A stretch of DNA of 63,395 nt, filler included, from Octopus bimaculoides (taxonomy: Eukaryota): NCBI RefSeq assembly GCF_001194135.2. It is 5 parts of 5 records of this genome, joined end to end, with 100 filler letters (N's around TTAATTAATTAA, not from the genome) between each part and the next. Parts side by side here need not be neighbours in the genome. Positions count along the whole stretch, not along the records: positions 1 to 28,248 come from NC_068990.1; 4 more parts are not named here. One strand, given 5' to 3'. The position numbers were made by a program, and so were the translations under genes. Under the pieces are notes generated by a model, which was given only the letters and a program-made list of their open reading frames with translations, did no database searches and had not been told where the DNA came from. Every line of letters begins with the position of its first letter. Within the stretch, counting starts at the first letter, position 1. This document shows positions 12,771 through 24,320 of this stretch, one piece after another.

Positions 12771-13358
12771 AGAGGAATGAGTACAGAGGGAGGCAGCTTT
12801 TTTGCTATGAGATATGGGGTCAATATATGAGAGAAAGGGCCAAAGCAAAACAGATTTCTTGCTGTAGAAGAGCAACATGAATACTCATATTATAGAAGAG
12901 TAGGTAGGAATAACCCTATCATCAAAAAGAAGGACATTATATAACGTGGTGCTGGGTTCTCTGTACATAGGAAAAAAAAACGGAGTGGTCATGACTGGAA
13001 TGTATTTCCCCATAGGTCTGTATGAATAAAGCTGACCTGGGTATTGCAACAATATTTTAAAAGTTGACATTTTATTTTATCTGAGCTTGCAAGACTGAGT
13101 TCAAATGTACCTGTGAACAAGGAGAAAGCAAAATGAAGAAAAGGGGTTGCCCCCATTAGTTTGTATTGATCTAGAGGGCCCTTCTACCTTGATGGCGTGA
13201 TTTGAAGGAGATTTGATGACTAACTCCAGTAAGTCTAATAATCATTGACTTGTGAGTTGTTCAACCTCTGAAGTACCTACATAGGTACCATAGGGATGCC
13301 TAATATATAATCTATTTGATAAACTGATGCACTTCAGAGTTATCTGTGTTCACCATAG

Positions 13359-13508
13359 AAACAATGCATTGTTGATGACATGATACAAAGTGCCAACCTC
13401 ACACGAGCAATATCAATAAGCAACTCCACTGTCGTCCGACTCTGCAACCAACAAGACCAGCACATCACAATCAATATAATCAATGAACCAATGAAAGAGT
13501 CACAATGT
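13359..13508 (+). CDS. Candidate exon, unidentified protein (KQCIVDDMIQSANLTRAISISNSTVVRLCNQQDQHITINIINEPMKESQC)
   Basis: 150 nt, open phase 0/0, acceptor tgtgttcaccatag, donor TGT|gtaagt; unique non-repetitive sequence. Confidence 0.4.
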
Positions 13509-13549
13509 GTAAGTTCAGCCTGCTAGAAACAATAGCCAAATTTCCTTGA

Positions 13550-13574
<25 letters not shown>

Positions 13575-13583
<9 letters not shown>

Positions 13584-13742
13584 GACTGGCTTCTTTCAGT
13601 TTCCATCTACCAAATCCACTCACAAGGCTTTGGTTGGCCCAAGGCTATAGTAGAAGACACTTACCCGAGGTACCATGCAATGGGACTGAACCCAGAACCA
13701 TGTGTTTGGGAAGCAAGCTTCTTACCACACAGCCATGCCTAT
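13575..13742 (-). mobile_element. SINE-A 5' half
   Basis: ggcttctttcagtttcc..cttaccacacagccatgcct. Confidence 0.85.
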
Positions 13743-14291
13743 ATATAAAAACAATAACACAGATGGGTTGAGCTGTTTCAAACATGTTCTTTATCAATAA
13801 ACAAAACAATTACTGCATGTAAAAACAATGTTTGCTTCAGGTGAATTAAGAGCAAATTGTTTTGTTCCTCAATAAAGAACACATCTGAAATAGCTGCAAT
13901 AAACCTCAGCCCATCTGTTATTGTCTATACTTCATCACACTCAGAACCTTTCCTCCATTGGATCTTGAGCCTACAGTGGATTGTGGAATACATGCTAGAG
14001 TGTTCTCCTGTGTAACTTTACATATATGTTGTTTATTTGGTCAATACTTGTGAATGTATGCATAACTGGAAGGACAAATTTGTATTTACTTTAGTAGGTA
14101 TGTGAGTGTGCATACACACTGTTAGTGTACAGGTGCGCTATCCCTGACTCTGCCTTAGTGCCTTTGTAATTTAATTACCTTGATTCAATTGGATCCTAAA
14201 AATTATATATATATCGTTGTTATTATGTTAAACTGTCTTATGTTCAAATTTGACCAAATGCAATTTTTTCAATATTTAATTTTTGCTTTAG

Positions 14292-14376
14292 GTCAAACTA
14301 TCGTATCTCCAGCTGTTTGAGATACGAAGATATCAAAAATTGTCAAAGTGTGCTACAACGGTTTTGCTATGGCATG
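14292..14376 (+). CDS. Candidate exon, unidentified protein (two open frames)
   Basis: Acceptor aatttttgctttag, donor ATG|gtgagg; 85 nt; frames VKLSYLQLFEIRRYQKLSKCATTVLLWH(G) or SNYRISSCLRYEDIKNCQSVLQRFCYGM. Confidence 0.35.
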
Positions 14377-14441
14377 GTGAGGCTATTTTTTCATTTACTG
14401 AAAAAGCAACGTTTTGGTCTTACAACACTTTTGCATAATAG

Positions 14442-14482
<41 letters not shown>

Positions 14483-14504
14483 AAAGAACGCAAATGAGTT
14501 GAGG

Positions 14505-14595
14505 CTCACTACAGCTGTTTCAGGCGTGTTTTTTATTGAAGAATAATCTGATTATATCATGAAAAAAAAACAAAACACATTCTCTTCAGGTGAAT
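14505..14595 (-). ncRNA. Type I hammerhead ribozyme-like motif with long stem II
   Basis: Minus strand: uucac CUGAAGA Gaaugugtuuu..aaaacacgccu GAAAC AGCU GUA | gugag; stem I gugag/uucac, stem II gugtuuu/aaaacac, stem III ACAGCUGU palindrome. Confidence 0.6.
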
Positions 14596-15246
14596 TAAGA
14601 CATAAACTTATAAATTTGGTTCAGAAAAAAATATCAAGATATGGAATGTGCGTTGACAGTCTCATTTTGGCAACTCTCCTGTTGATTTAATTGGTTTATT
14701 CATGAATAAAGAACACATTTGAAACTGCTGTAATGGAGCTCAACCAATTTGTGTTCTTTCTTTATGTAAACACTAAATCTAGAACCTTCTCTACATTGGA
14801 TCTGGAACATACAGTAGATGATGAAACTGCATGCTGGCATGCATGTGTAATTTCATATACATGTATACTTATATGAGTGTATATACTGATTTGCTCATGT
14901 ACATGTATATGTAAGTGTTAGGACATGTCCATATATGCAGTGATCTATTTGTGCACGCTTGTATACAATTTATACATGAATAAGCAAATCTCGAACATGG
15001 CTTGGTGTCATTATTAAGATACTTTGATTCAAATGAATCCTACAAATAATTAATTGCATATATATATATATAAAATTTACTTGTCTAGTTGTCAAGATAG
15101 TGAGTATATTAACCAAAGTATAAAGTATTATAGATCCATTACAGTTGATCATACCAATGGATTTCACACACCATTTTTCAATACCTGCCATCTCAGATGA
15201 ACACAGTATATATATGAAACAAGTAAAAGTGTGTATAAATAAATAA

Positions 15247-15305
<59 letters not shown>

Positions 15306-15631
15306 GAGAGAGAGAGAGATACATACATATATTCTAATTACTTGTGTATAATTCCCCATCCCATGTGTCATATGTTATTCTCCTGCATATAACTCACAGT
15401 AGTTTTCTTTAACCTAAAAGAAACGAAAACATGTGTCTTTGTCTGATGCATGGTTTTGCTTTTACTTTATATCAGAACAATAAACTATAACATTTTAGTG
15501 AATTATGATTTTTCATTTTAATCAATACTATCTTATTGTCCACTGTTATCCGATACCCGATCAATAGCACTTTCCTCCAATTGTAAACTTACATTTTTTT
15601 CATCATAATCAATTTCTTCTTGCTCTCTAAG

Positions 15632-15808
15632 ATCTCTGATCCATCAAATGCATTTGTAGTGCATTTCATCAAACATTTTGAGCCACTATATCAGAATCAA
15701 CACAGTCCCGGACTACAGCAGAGTCCCATACCACAGCAGACTCCTATAGCACAGCAGAGTCCCATACCTGGTCACAGTGAAGGCTTTTTAAAATTTCATC
15801 ATAAATGA
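15632..15808 (+). CDS. Candidate terminal exon with Q/P repeat (ISDPSNAFVVHFIKHFEPLYQNQHSPGLQQSPIPQQTPIAQQSPIPGHSEGFLKFHHK*)
   Basis: Acceptor tttcttcttgctctctaag; open to TGA 15806-15808; in-frame 18-bp repeat. Confidence 0.3.
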   Translation: MSDPSNAFVVHFIKHFEPLYQNQHSPGLQQSPIPQQTPIAQQSPIPGHSEGFLKFHHK

Positions 15809-16104
15809 TAAAGTCAGGGTTGTAATTAGCTAGGTATTCAGAATATAATTCTTTCAAGGGTTTTCTTAAAACCCTTCCTTAAAGGGTTTTGTTAACCCTC
15901 AAAAATGATAAATTTTGTGCTATGCTGTTTGCAAACTGTTTCTTACATCATCCAGAAGATGGCCATGGAAAGAATCCATTATAAGCATTGATTTTAGTTT
16001 TTGCAAAGTACTAGCATAATAATTCCAAACAACCAAATCCACTCCTGAACTGTATTATTACACTTTTGATGCTTTTCATTGACATATATATATAGATAAT
16101 TACA

Positions 16105-16144
<40 letters not shown>

Positions 16145-16204
16145 CACATACAAGCACATACTTGTATACAATGAACATTTTCAGTTTCCTCCAAGCAAAT
16201 ATAT

Positions 16205-16420
16205 ATATTCTTTTACTTGTTTCAGTCATTTGACTGTGGTCATGCTGGGGGCATGACCTTAAAGAGTGTTAGTCAAAAAAACCACTCCAGGACTTATTCT
16301 TTGTAAGCCTGGTACTTATTCTATTGGTCGTTTTTGCCTAACTGCTAAGTTACAGGGACATAGACACACCAAGATTGGTTGTCAAGCAATGACAAGGAGA
16401 CAAATACACACACACACCAC
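16205..16420 (-). mobile_element. SINE-A 3' half
   Basis: ttttacttgtttcagtcatttgactg..aagcctggtacttattctat..aagttacagggac. Confidence 0.85.
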
Positions 16421-16690
16421 TGTATGTCATCATGACCAAATGTATTTTAATATTGGTCCAGGCTAGCCAAAGGTTTGTGAATAGATTTGTTAGAAGTCAT
16501 ATCTACATGAATATGTATCTATTTATATATGTGTAAGTGTGTGTATATATACACACACATAATACACACACACACACATATATATATATAAATCCCAAAA
16601 AACGAAGTACAAACACAAAAAAACAACAATGCGAGGATGTGGTACATGTAAAGTATTAGCAGACGCTCAGGAAAGGAAAGAAATTTTTTT

Positions 16691-16722
16691 ATTACGTTTT
16701 GAGCAAAGCTCTTCTTCAGACA
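16691..16722 (-). ncRNA. Decayed minimal hammerhead-like motif (Penelope-type)
   Basis: CUGAAGA-A-GAGC uuu GCUC-AAAAC-GUA; G12 of GAAA replaced by A. Confidence 0.35.
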
Positions 16723-16732
16723 TATATATATC

Positions 16733-17285
16733 ATCATCATCATCGTTTAACGTCCGCTTTCCATGCTAGCATGTGTTGGACGATTTGACTGAGGACTGGT
16801 GCAACCGGATGGCTACACCAGGCTCCAATCTAATTTGGCAGAGTTTCTACAGCTGGATGCCCTTCCTAACGCCAACCACTCAGAGAGTGTAGTGGGTGCT
16901 TTTACGTGTCACCCACACGAAAACGGCCACGCTCGAAATGGTGTCTTTTATGTGCCACCCGCACAAGAGCCAGTCCAGGGGCACTGGCAACGATCTCGCT
17001 CGAAAACCCTACAAGGCCAGTCAGGCGGTACTGGCAACGGTCACGCTCAGGATGGTACATCTTATGTGCCACCCACACAAGAGCCAGTCCAGGGGCCCTG
17101 ACAACGATCTCACTTGGCTTGCCGGGTCTTCTCACGCACAGCACATTTCCAAAGGTCTCGGTCAGTAGTCATCGCCTCGGTGAGGCCCAATGTTCGAAGG
17201 TCTTGCCTCACCACCTCAGCCCAGGTCTTCCTGGGCCTACCTCTTCCACGGGTTCCCTCAACTGTTAGGGAGTGGCACTTTTTCA
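16733..17285 (-). mobile_element. 5'-truncated RTE LINE, young copy
   Basis: Open C-terminus KKCHSLTVEGTRGRGRPRKTWAEVVRQDLRTLGLTEAMTTDRDLWKCAVREKTRQAK*, then 3' UTR and (GAT)n tail. Confidence 0.9.
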
Positions 17286-18004
17286 GGATGTGTATATATA
17301 TGTATGTGTGTGTGTGTGTAGATAACACATATACAGACATATATACACATTCATACATCAGTAAATATTCCAGTCTGTAATGATTCTATTTTTACCCTCT
17401 CTGTGGGAAGTTATTTCTCCCTATAGATGAGTAAATCACTTTTCTTTCTCCTCGTCTTATTTTGACCCATTTCCTCTTGGCCTTCACCAAATCACTTCCA
17501 CAAGTGCCAGCTATTACAATATCCGAGTCAAGCACTGTACAGTTGTATTTAATAATTAATGAGTTAATTACACAATCAAGAATAAAAATCCACTTTATTA
17601 GAAGTGGAGCTGGGAGTTTAGTACCATATAACATGCGACAGTGGGTATTCTCTAGTAAGGTGTGTCTGCAAATTGGCATTGCATCATATCTGAACCCATT
17701 TCATTCACTTTAACCACTGTTGCTTTTGAAACACCTAAACATTCCACATGTAGAAACATCAAGAGAAGGTTGACTTAAGAGTTGGTTTCTGTTATATTAA
17801 ATCAATCATTAATATCAATCTGAAGTGACATTTGTCGTTGTTGTTGTGTAGCCCAAGGTTAGACTTAACCATACAAATCTTTGATCAAAAGTGTTTCAGC
17901 CATGATCATCTTGTCTTTGATTAATGTATAATGTATCTAGGACTACATTACCCTGGATATGTATGTGTTTTTATATTTTCAAGGATAGTAGCAAGTGATT
18001 TAGC

Positions 18005-18215
18005 TCTCCTTTTACCATATTTCTGTTGGAATACACTGTTTTTTTTCAATTATTTTTGAAATTAATGAAGAAATTAGTCATTATTAAACTGAGGTTTGAA
18101 GCATAAATTAACATGAAATTTTTATGGATGGTTTTAATTTAGATCACTTTAAAACAGGGAATTTGTATCGTAGAAACAGGAGCAATCTCAAGTGAGTTGG
18201 TATCAAAAGGGTTAA
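18005..18215. mobile_element. piggyBac-like MITE (diverged second copy at about 18317-18505)
   Basis: Right end ttggtatcaaaaggg+TTAA (18212-18215); body repeated about 300 bp downstream; left end degenerate. Confidence 0.45.
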
Positions 18216-18984
18216 ATCACACCCTACCACCATTGGATGATATAGTCTGGGATTTACAGTAATAAAAAAATGACTGGATGGTCATGGCTGGGATGCTTCT
18301 GAATGTAAGATCTGCTTAACCTGTTGAAATTCACTGCCTTTGTTTCAATTGATTTTGAAAATAATGAAGTATTTAGTAAAATAACTTCTTCCTTTATTAA
18401 TTGGAACATAAATTGACATGAAATTTTTATGGAAGGTTTTAATTTAGAACATTTTAAAACAGGAAGTTTGTATCATAGAACCAAAGATGGCCTCATGCAG
18501 ATTGTTTCAAGATTATGATCTGATAACAGGAATAAAATTTAACAAAGATTAATGCGTGGGCTTCCAATTCTGCACTTTTAACTAGAAGTATTTGTTGGCC
18601 AAAATTCATTCCTTGACCAATGATAAAGTTTAGTTATTTAGTATCTCATTTACTTTGAGCTTCCCTGGATTTTTATTTATTCTGCACTAAAGGAAGGAGC
18701 TGTGTCCATGGCTTTTGCTGGCCCCTTGAGACTGGTGAGGTTTAGTGATTATAATATTGTAACAAGGACTTGTGGTGGGTGAGAAGTTTTTTCAGTAGAA
18801 GTGATCAATTTATACGTGCAATAGGCAATTATTCACAGGGTAGTAGGAGTTTGTCCCTAGTTCTTCTACACCTTTACTGAACCTAAGTGCCATTTCAAAT
18901 ATTCCATAAAGTTGTCACATCTATTATTATTTATTCACTCTACTTCTTTATATCCCTCAGTTATTTCAAGTATGGGGGGGGGGA

Positions 18985-19290
18985 AACCTAAATGTTTCAG
19001 TCATTTGACTGCGGCTATGCTGGAGCACCACCTTTAGTCGAACAAATTGATCCCAGGACTTTTTCATTGTAAGCCTAGTACTTATTCTATTGGTCACTTT
19101 TGCCGAACCGCTAAGTTACGGGGACGTAAACACACCAGCATCATGTCAAGCGATGGGGGTGGGATAAACACAGACAAACAAACATATACACACTCACACA
19201 CACTTGCCCAAAGTGCTACGCAGAAGGACTGAACCCGGAACCATGTGATTGGTAAGCAAGCTACTTACCACATAGCCACTCCTGTGCCTG
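18985..19290 (-). mobile_element. SINE-A with internal deletion
   Basis: 3' half joined through (CA)n directly to cacttgcccaa..; central ~85 bp missing. Confidence 0.85.
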
Positions 19291-19998
19291 TATGTTCATA
19301 TTCTACTTTTGATTAATTTAACTTTTGGGATTGTCTCCCTTAAATTTATTTTTTCTAGACCAGATTTAATCATTAAACAAATAAGATTCCTTTTTCTTCC
19401 TCATTAGGGATGTAAATTTAAATAATGTTGTTTCACTACATTAAATATATTGGCATATTAAATATGTTAGCACTACTTGCTTTCCTAGCAGATTTCCCTA
19501 CACAAACTATAAAGCTAGTTGTTTATTATGTAAAAGTGAAATTTTTTAATAATTATACGGTTAAAATGTATAATTCTTCTTTTTTTCTCAGAATTTATTG
19601 AGAAAGTCATACAAACATAGGCACAATGGAATGAATCTAGGCCGCCGGCATTCCTTTATTTACTATTCATTTATCTTTGCGTTTATTTTAAACTATTTTA
19701 TTTTCTTGTACAAGTAGTTCGCGAGGGGGCTAAGCTGATTATGCAATTATTGTACTTATGGTCAACCATAGTTTACATTGGCTGAGTAGGTTAGCCAACT
19801 GTTTAATCACCTTCCCGAGGACAAGAAATGTTCGTGTTACGTGGTGAGTTTTATGAAATTGGGGTTTGGAAGCCGCTCGACCAATCACTAGCGACGACGT
19901 GGAAACACTTACATTCATGTCGTGTGTATGTGTTATTACTCGCGCGCGCGCACACACACAGATATGCATACATTATGTGTGTGTGTGTGTGTACACAC

Positions 19999-20029
<31 letters not shown>

Positions 20030-20195
20030 AAAACACTCATACGTAGACACGCATGTACATACTCATACTCTCACATGTATGTATATATGTGTGTGTATGT
20101 AATATGTATGTATTTANNNNNNNNNNNNNNNNNNNNNNNNNNNNNNNNNNNNNNNNNNNNNNNNNNNNNNNNNNNNNNNNNNNNNNNNNNNNNTA

Positions 20196-20246
<51 letters not shown>

Positions 20247-21299
20247 GTACGTACTTATGTATATATGTATGTATAAACACTACCTTGACGTCCTTCAGCT
20301 ATGCTATATCACTTCACTTTCCATTATTTCGTTGCAATCCACCACCGGCGATTTATTTAATGCACGTAACTTATATATACACGTACAGACACATATATTT
20401 ATACACAAATACACTCGGTATCCCCCACCATTTATACATTAATAGAAATACTAATGTGTTGCTGATGTTATTACCTTGGACAAGCAATATCCATTGTTGA
20501 ATTTTATCAAACGGGGGGAAAGTGTTTTATTCATAAACATATCGATTTTGATATCAGATCTTCAACATGTACCGAATGTAATCCATTATATATATATATA
20601 TATATATAAGCATCCACACTCATGTACACACACACGTACACACTCATACATGCTTATACACTAATATGTATTCCTGTATACATATCTGCATGCATACATA
20701 CTTTGTATATATTTATATACATATTTATACACGTATGTGTGTATATGTATGTGTCTGTGATTATTCATAAATTAATCCAAACATCTGCGCTCGTGCGCGC
20801 GCGCGCGTATTTGTGTGTGTAAATTCCAAGTACTCGTGTAATTAGCGAATGTTTTCGAGGCTAAAATCCGATTCCAAAACCCTGGTGGAACAGCAATCTT
20901 ATAATGTCTACATGTCACAACTTCTCTCTAACCTTTCTTCCATATTATTTTACTGATCAAAACATCAAAACAGGATAAAGAACGAGTAAATTGCAGTGGA
21001 AGGCTTCTTGTTAGCGCAAAGTGAGTAGAATATGTTAGGAACTTGGGAAAAGGTGTTCATATTTTCTCTGAGTCATTATATAGCTATGAGCAACGTCCGG
21101 AGGAAAAAGAAACACATAAAGTGATGAAAACAGGTTTCTTCTTAGGACAACATTGATAAATTTTGTGAAACAAGGAAGAAGGATATACTGTACTACTCAC
21201 TGGTTAGACGTAAATATTACATGTAACTATGTGATTAGATTTAGAATTTGGATGTGTTTTTAAAAAGGCTAGAGGGAAATGGTCACACGTAAGCAGAAA

Positions 21300-21600
21300 A
21301 TGCCAGATCGTAATTTGATACAGGAATACATCGGAATATAATGAAAGGAAGACTTAAAGGCCTAAAAGAATAAACACCTCAGCCAGAAGTTAAAATCAGC
21401 GAGAATCTACAGGCATACAAGAAAGAAACTGATCAAAAGAAAGAATCCGAGATGCCCAGCAATCAACAACTGCGTGCCTGACAATGTACTGTATGGCCCT
21501 CTGCTTGATGGAGATAGAGCATATTTAGGACCCAATGGGGGTTGCCTGATCAGGATTAATCAGGGGTTTCTTTACGACTCGAAGATACTCACTTAATTAG
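21300..21600 (+). mobile_element. Possible degraded RTE-like LINE C-terminal remnant
   Basis: Frame ..KNPRCPAINNCVPDNVLYGPLLDGDR.. resembles RTE D.R.PK.LLYGEL..G.R. Confidence 0.3.
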
Positions 21601-23312
21601 ATTGAGCAAGTAGCAGAGAGTGTAGCTATCCTATATTGGGATGGATCTGAATTCCTGGTTATTTTAAAAAAGTTCAGCTTGGCAAAAGTTTAAGGCAAAG
21701 ATATATTCTCCAGTTGTACTCAAATCACTGTAATCAGAGATCGCTAAAGGGAATATCCCACTGTAAATCAATATATTTATATACATACATATATACCTGT
21801 GAATGAGTGTGTAGTGTATGCCGAATTTATGGGAAGGTACAGTATATCGAAAATAATACAAATACGTTTTGGAATGTCACACTAGGTTGTATGAAATCCA
21901 CTATCCCTTCGAAAATCCCCATTCCTGACGAAGGAATTCAATATATATAAATATTATATACATGTATGTGAGTACGTTTATATTATTTTTATTTTCCAAT
22001 TTAAGTCAGTTTTTGATTTAATTCATTTATTTTGATCACAGAATTAAGTAAATTACGCTGTATAAAGTTGCCAAAGTGGAGAAGAAAATATTTGTGATCG
22101 AGGAGGGTCCGTCACACAGTCCAACATTAGCTCAGTTCTGTTGATTTTGGGTTTAATCAGACACGAATTAAGGCGTAGATGGACTTTGGGGTTTGCAGTT
22201 CAAGGAGCTTTCAGTGAATGTATGGAAATTTATTATAATGCTGAATTTAAAGTATAAGTACTTTAAATTATTAAATTAAAAAAAGGTGGTGGGGTTAGTT
22301 ATATCTATACACACATATCTATCTATCTATCTATATACGTACATATATATGGCTGTGCGCACACATGTGTATATGACTGAGTTAGGGGTGTTGAACTTAA
22401 GATTGTTAGATCGTACTTTCGATTCTCGAAACGGGCGATGAAGTCTCCATCTTCAGAAAGCGACTATATTCCACTCATTTTGCTCCACTCAACCCCACTC
22501 GAATTAAGAATGAGTATCAGTGACAGCTGGGAGTTAACACTACGAAGGACCAGCATCCTGTTCAGGGGTGAGTCCTTGCACTCTCGATCGTCAAAGAAAA
22601 AAAAAAAAAAAAAAAAAAAACCCTCTGTGACCTAGTCAACTTCCGACTTCATGATCCAGTAGACTCGGGGGGTAAGCTTGTATACTTGATGTAAGTAGAT
22701 ATTACAGCGAAAGGAAACATTAAACCAGAGTTTGTTGATCGGTGGGTAAAAGTTTGTGCTAGACAAACTTTTTTTTTTAACAACTAATTCTCAAGAACAA
22801 AACGAATAAATTAAATTATTCAACTTTTTCTTTTTGAAAATATTAATGGGAGCTTCACAAATTTTATGGTGATCCTATTCCAGCTCTTAGATTCATGTAT
22901 GATTGTATATTATATAAATTTATATACTCATGCATACATTTCCAAATTAATAATAGCCAAATCTCCGTCAAACTGTACCCTACTGGCTTAAAAGAGAGAC
23001 GGTATTAGATAAATAATGTAGTAAAGGGTACACTGTATTTGAGAAGACTGGATAGTCATGGCTGGAATGCCTCAGCATATATCGGCTTGAGGTTAAACAA
23101 CATTCATGATGGCACAACCACACAACGGAGTTTTTATATAGTCACTACAATTGCTAGAAATAGCAGCCAAATGTTCGATCGTCTTAAGTAAGGAAGTACA
23201 CTGGATAATGTCTTCCTAGATACTCTCTCTCCTTTGTACATCTATCTATCCATACATACGTACATGCATACTCTCACACACTTACGTATGTGTGTGTATC
23301 TATCTATCTGTC

Positions 23313-23344
<32 letters not shown>

Positions 23345-23362
23345 TGTATGTATGTATGTATG

Positions 23363-23394
<32 letters not shown>

Positions 23395-23519
23395 GGATAT
23401 GAGGGGTTTAGTTCACTTGTGATCTAAACGAATAGGTACGCTGAGTAAGTGCTATAGTTGCACGTCAGTTAGGTTCCAAGTTCACAGCTGTGACTGGATC
23501 TAGGGATATATATGGATCC

Positions 23520-23562
<43 letters not shown>

Positions 23563-23749
23563 CATACACGAACGCACACACACGTTTTATTAGTTGGTTT
23601 TACTGAATGCATACCAACACGTCGCACAAGTATCACTCATTTCTCTCATTCCGATCAGTAAATTGAATGTGATTTTAATTAACAATATACGTTGGCCTAA
23701 ATATTTTTTTACTGCTCCATGTGTTACTATCACATTATTGTCATTTAAA

Positions 23750-24320
23750 GTTAGGATCATAAGTTAAACGAACAGATATATAATCAAAGGTGCTCCATTC
23801 ATGACTATATGCCGCCTTTCATTAATATAGTATCTAAGACAATTTTATAATGTTCCGCTTTTTTAAAAGGCACTAACAGTATGATTTAAGGGATATATGA
23901 CTGCTATTTTTATCTAGTGCTGGACCAGACATTGTCATGGGCAATCCAGTCATGACCATAGCGCCTATTTAAGGCATTATCCTATCTCACACACTTTTTA
24001 AAAGGCATTTACTGTGATTTTAGGGCTATGTGGCTATCTTAGGGCTCGGGCAGACATGGTCAAAAACGTTCCGGTCATTACCATACCGCCTTTTATTACT
24101 ATAATGCATCCTGAAACAACATTACCCAATGTGTTCCACAGTTTTTTAACGGCATTAGTGTAGGTTCAAGACACACGGCTGCTGTTTTTAGCACCTTAAG
24201 CAACCATATATAGGTTCCCCCAACCACCGATAAGCATTAACACGATCTGTTTAGTACCACCTGATTAAGTAAATCCATGTTCAAACATCCCAGCCATGAC
24301 CACCACCTTTTATTCAGTCT
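23750..24320. repeat. Diverged tandem array (3-4 units, ~135-150 bp) of dispersed repeat family D
   Basis: Anchors ttttaaaaggca at about 23861, 23996, 24144 and catgacc-like motifs recurring. Confidence 0.6.

Noticed and set aside
13037-13110. Minus-strand candidate exon GTFELSLASSDKIKCQLLKYCCNTQ
   Set aside because: Donor lies within repeat family D (gctgacctggg) and the next acceptor gives an immediate stop
21925-21950. ctgacgaagg as another hammerhead core
   Set aside because: No stem II/GAAA partner downstream
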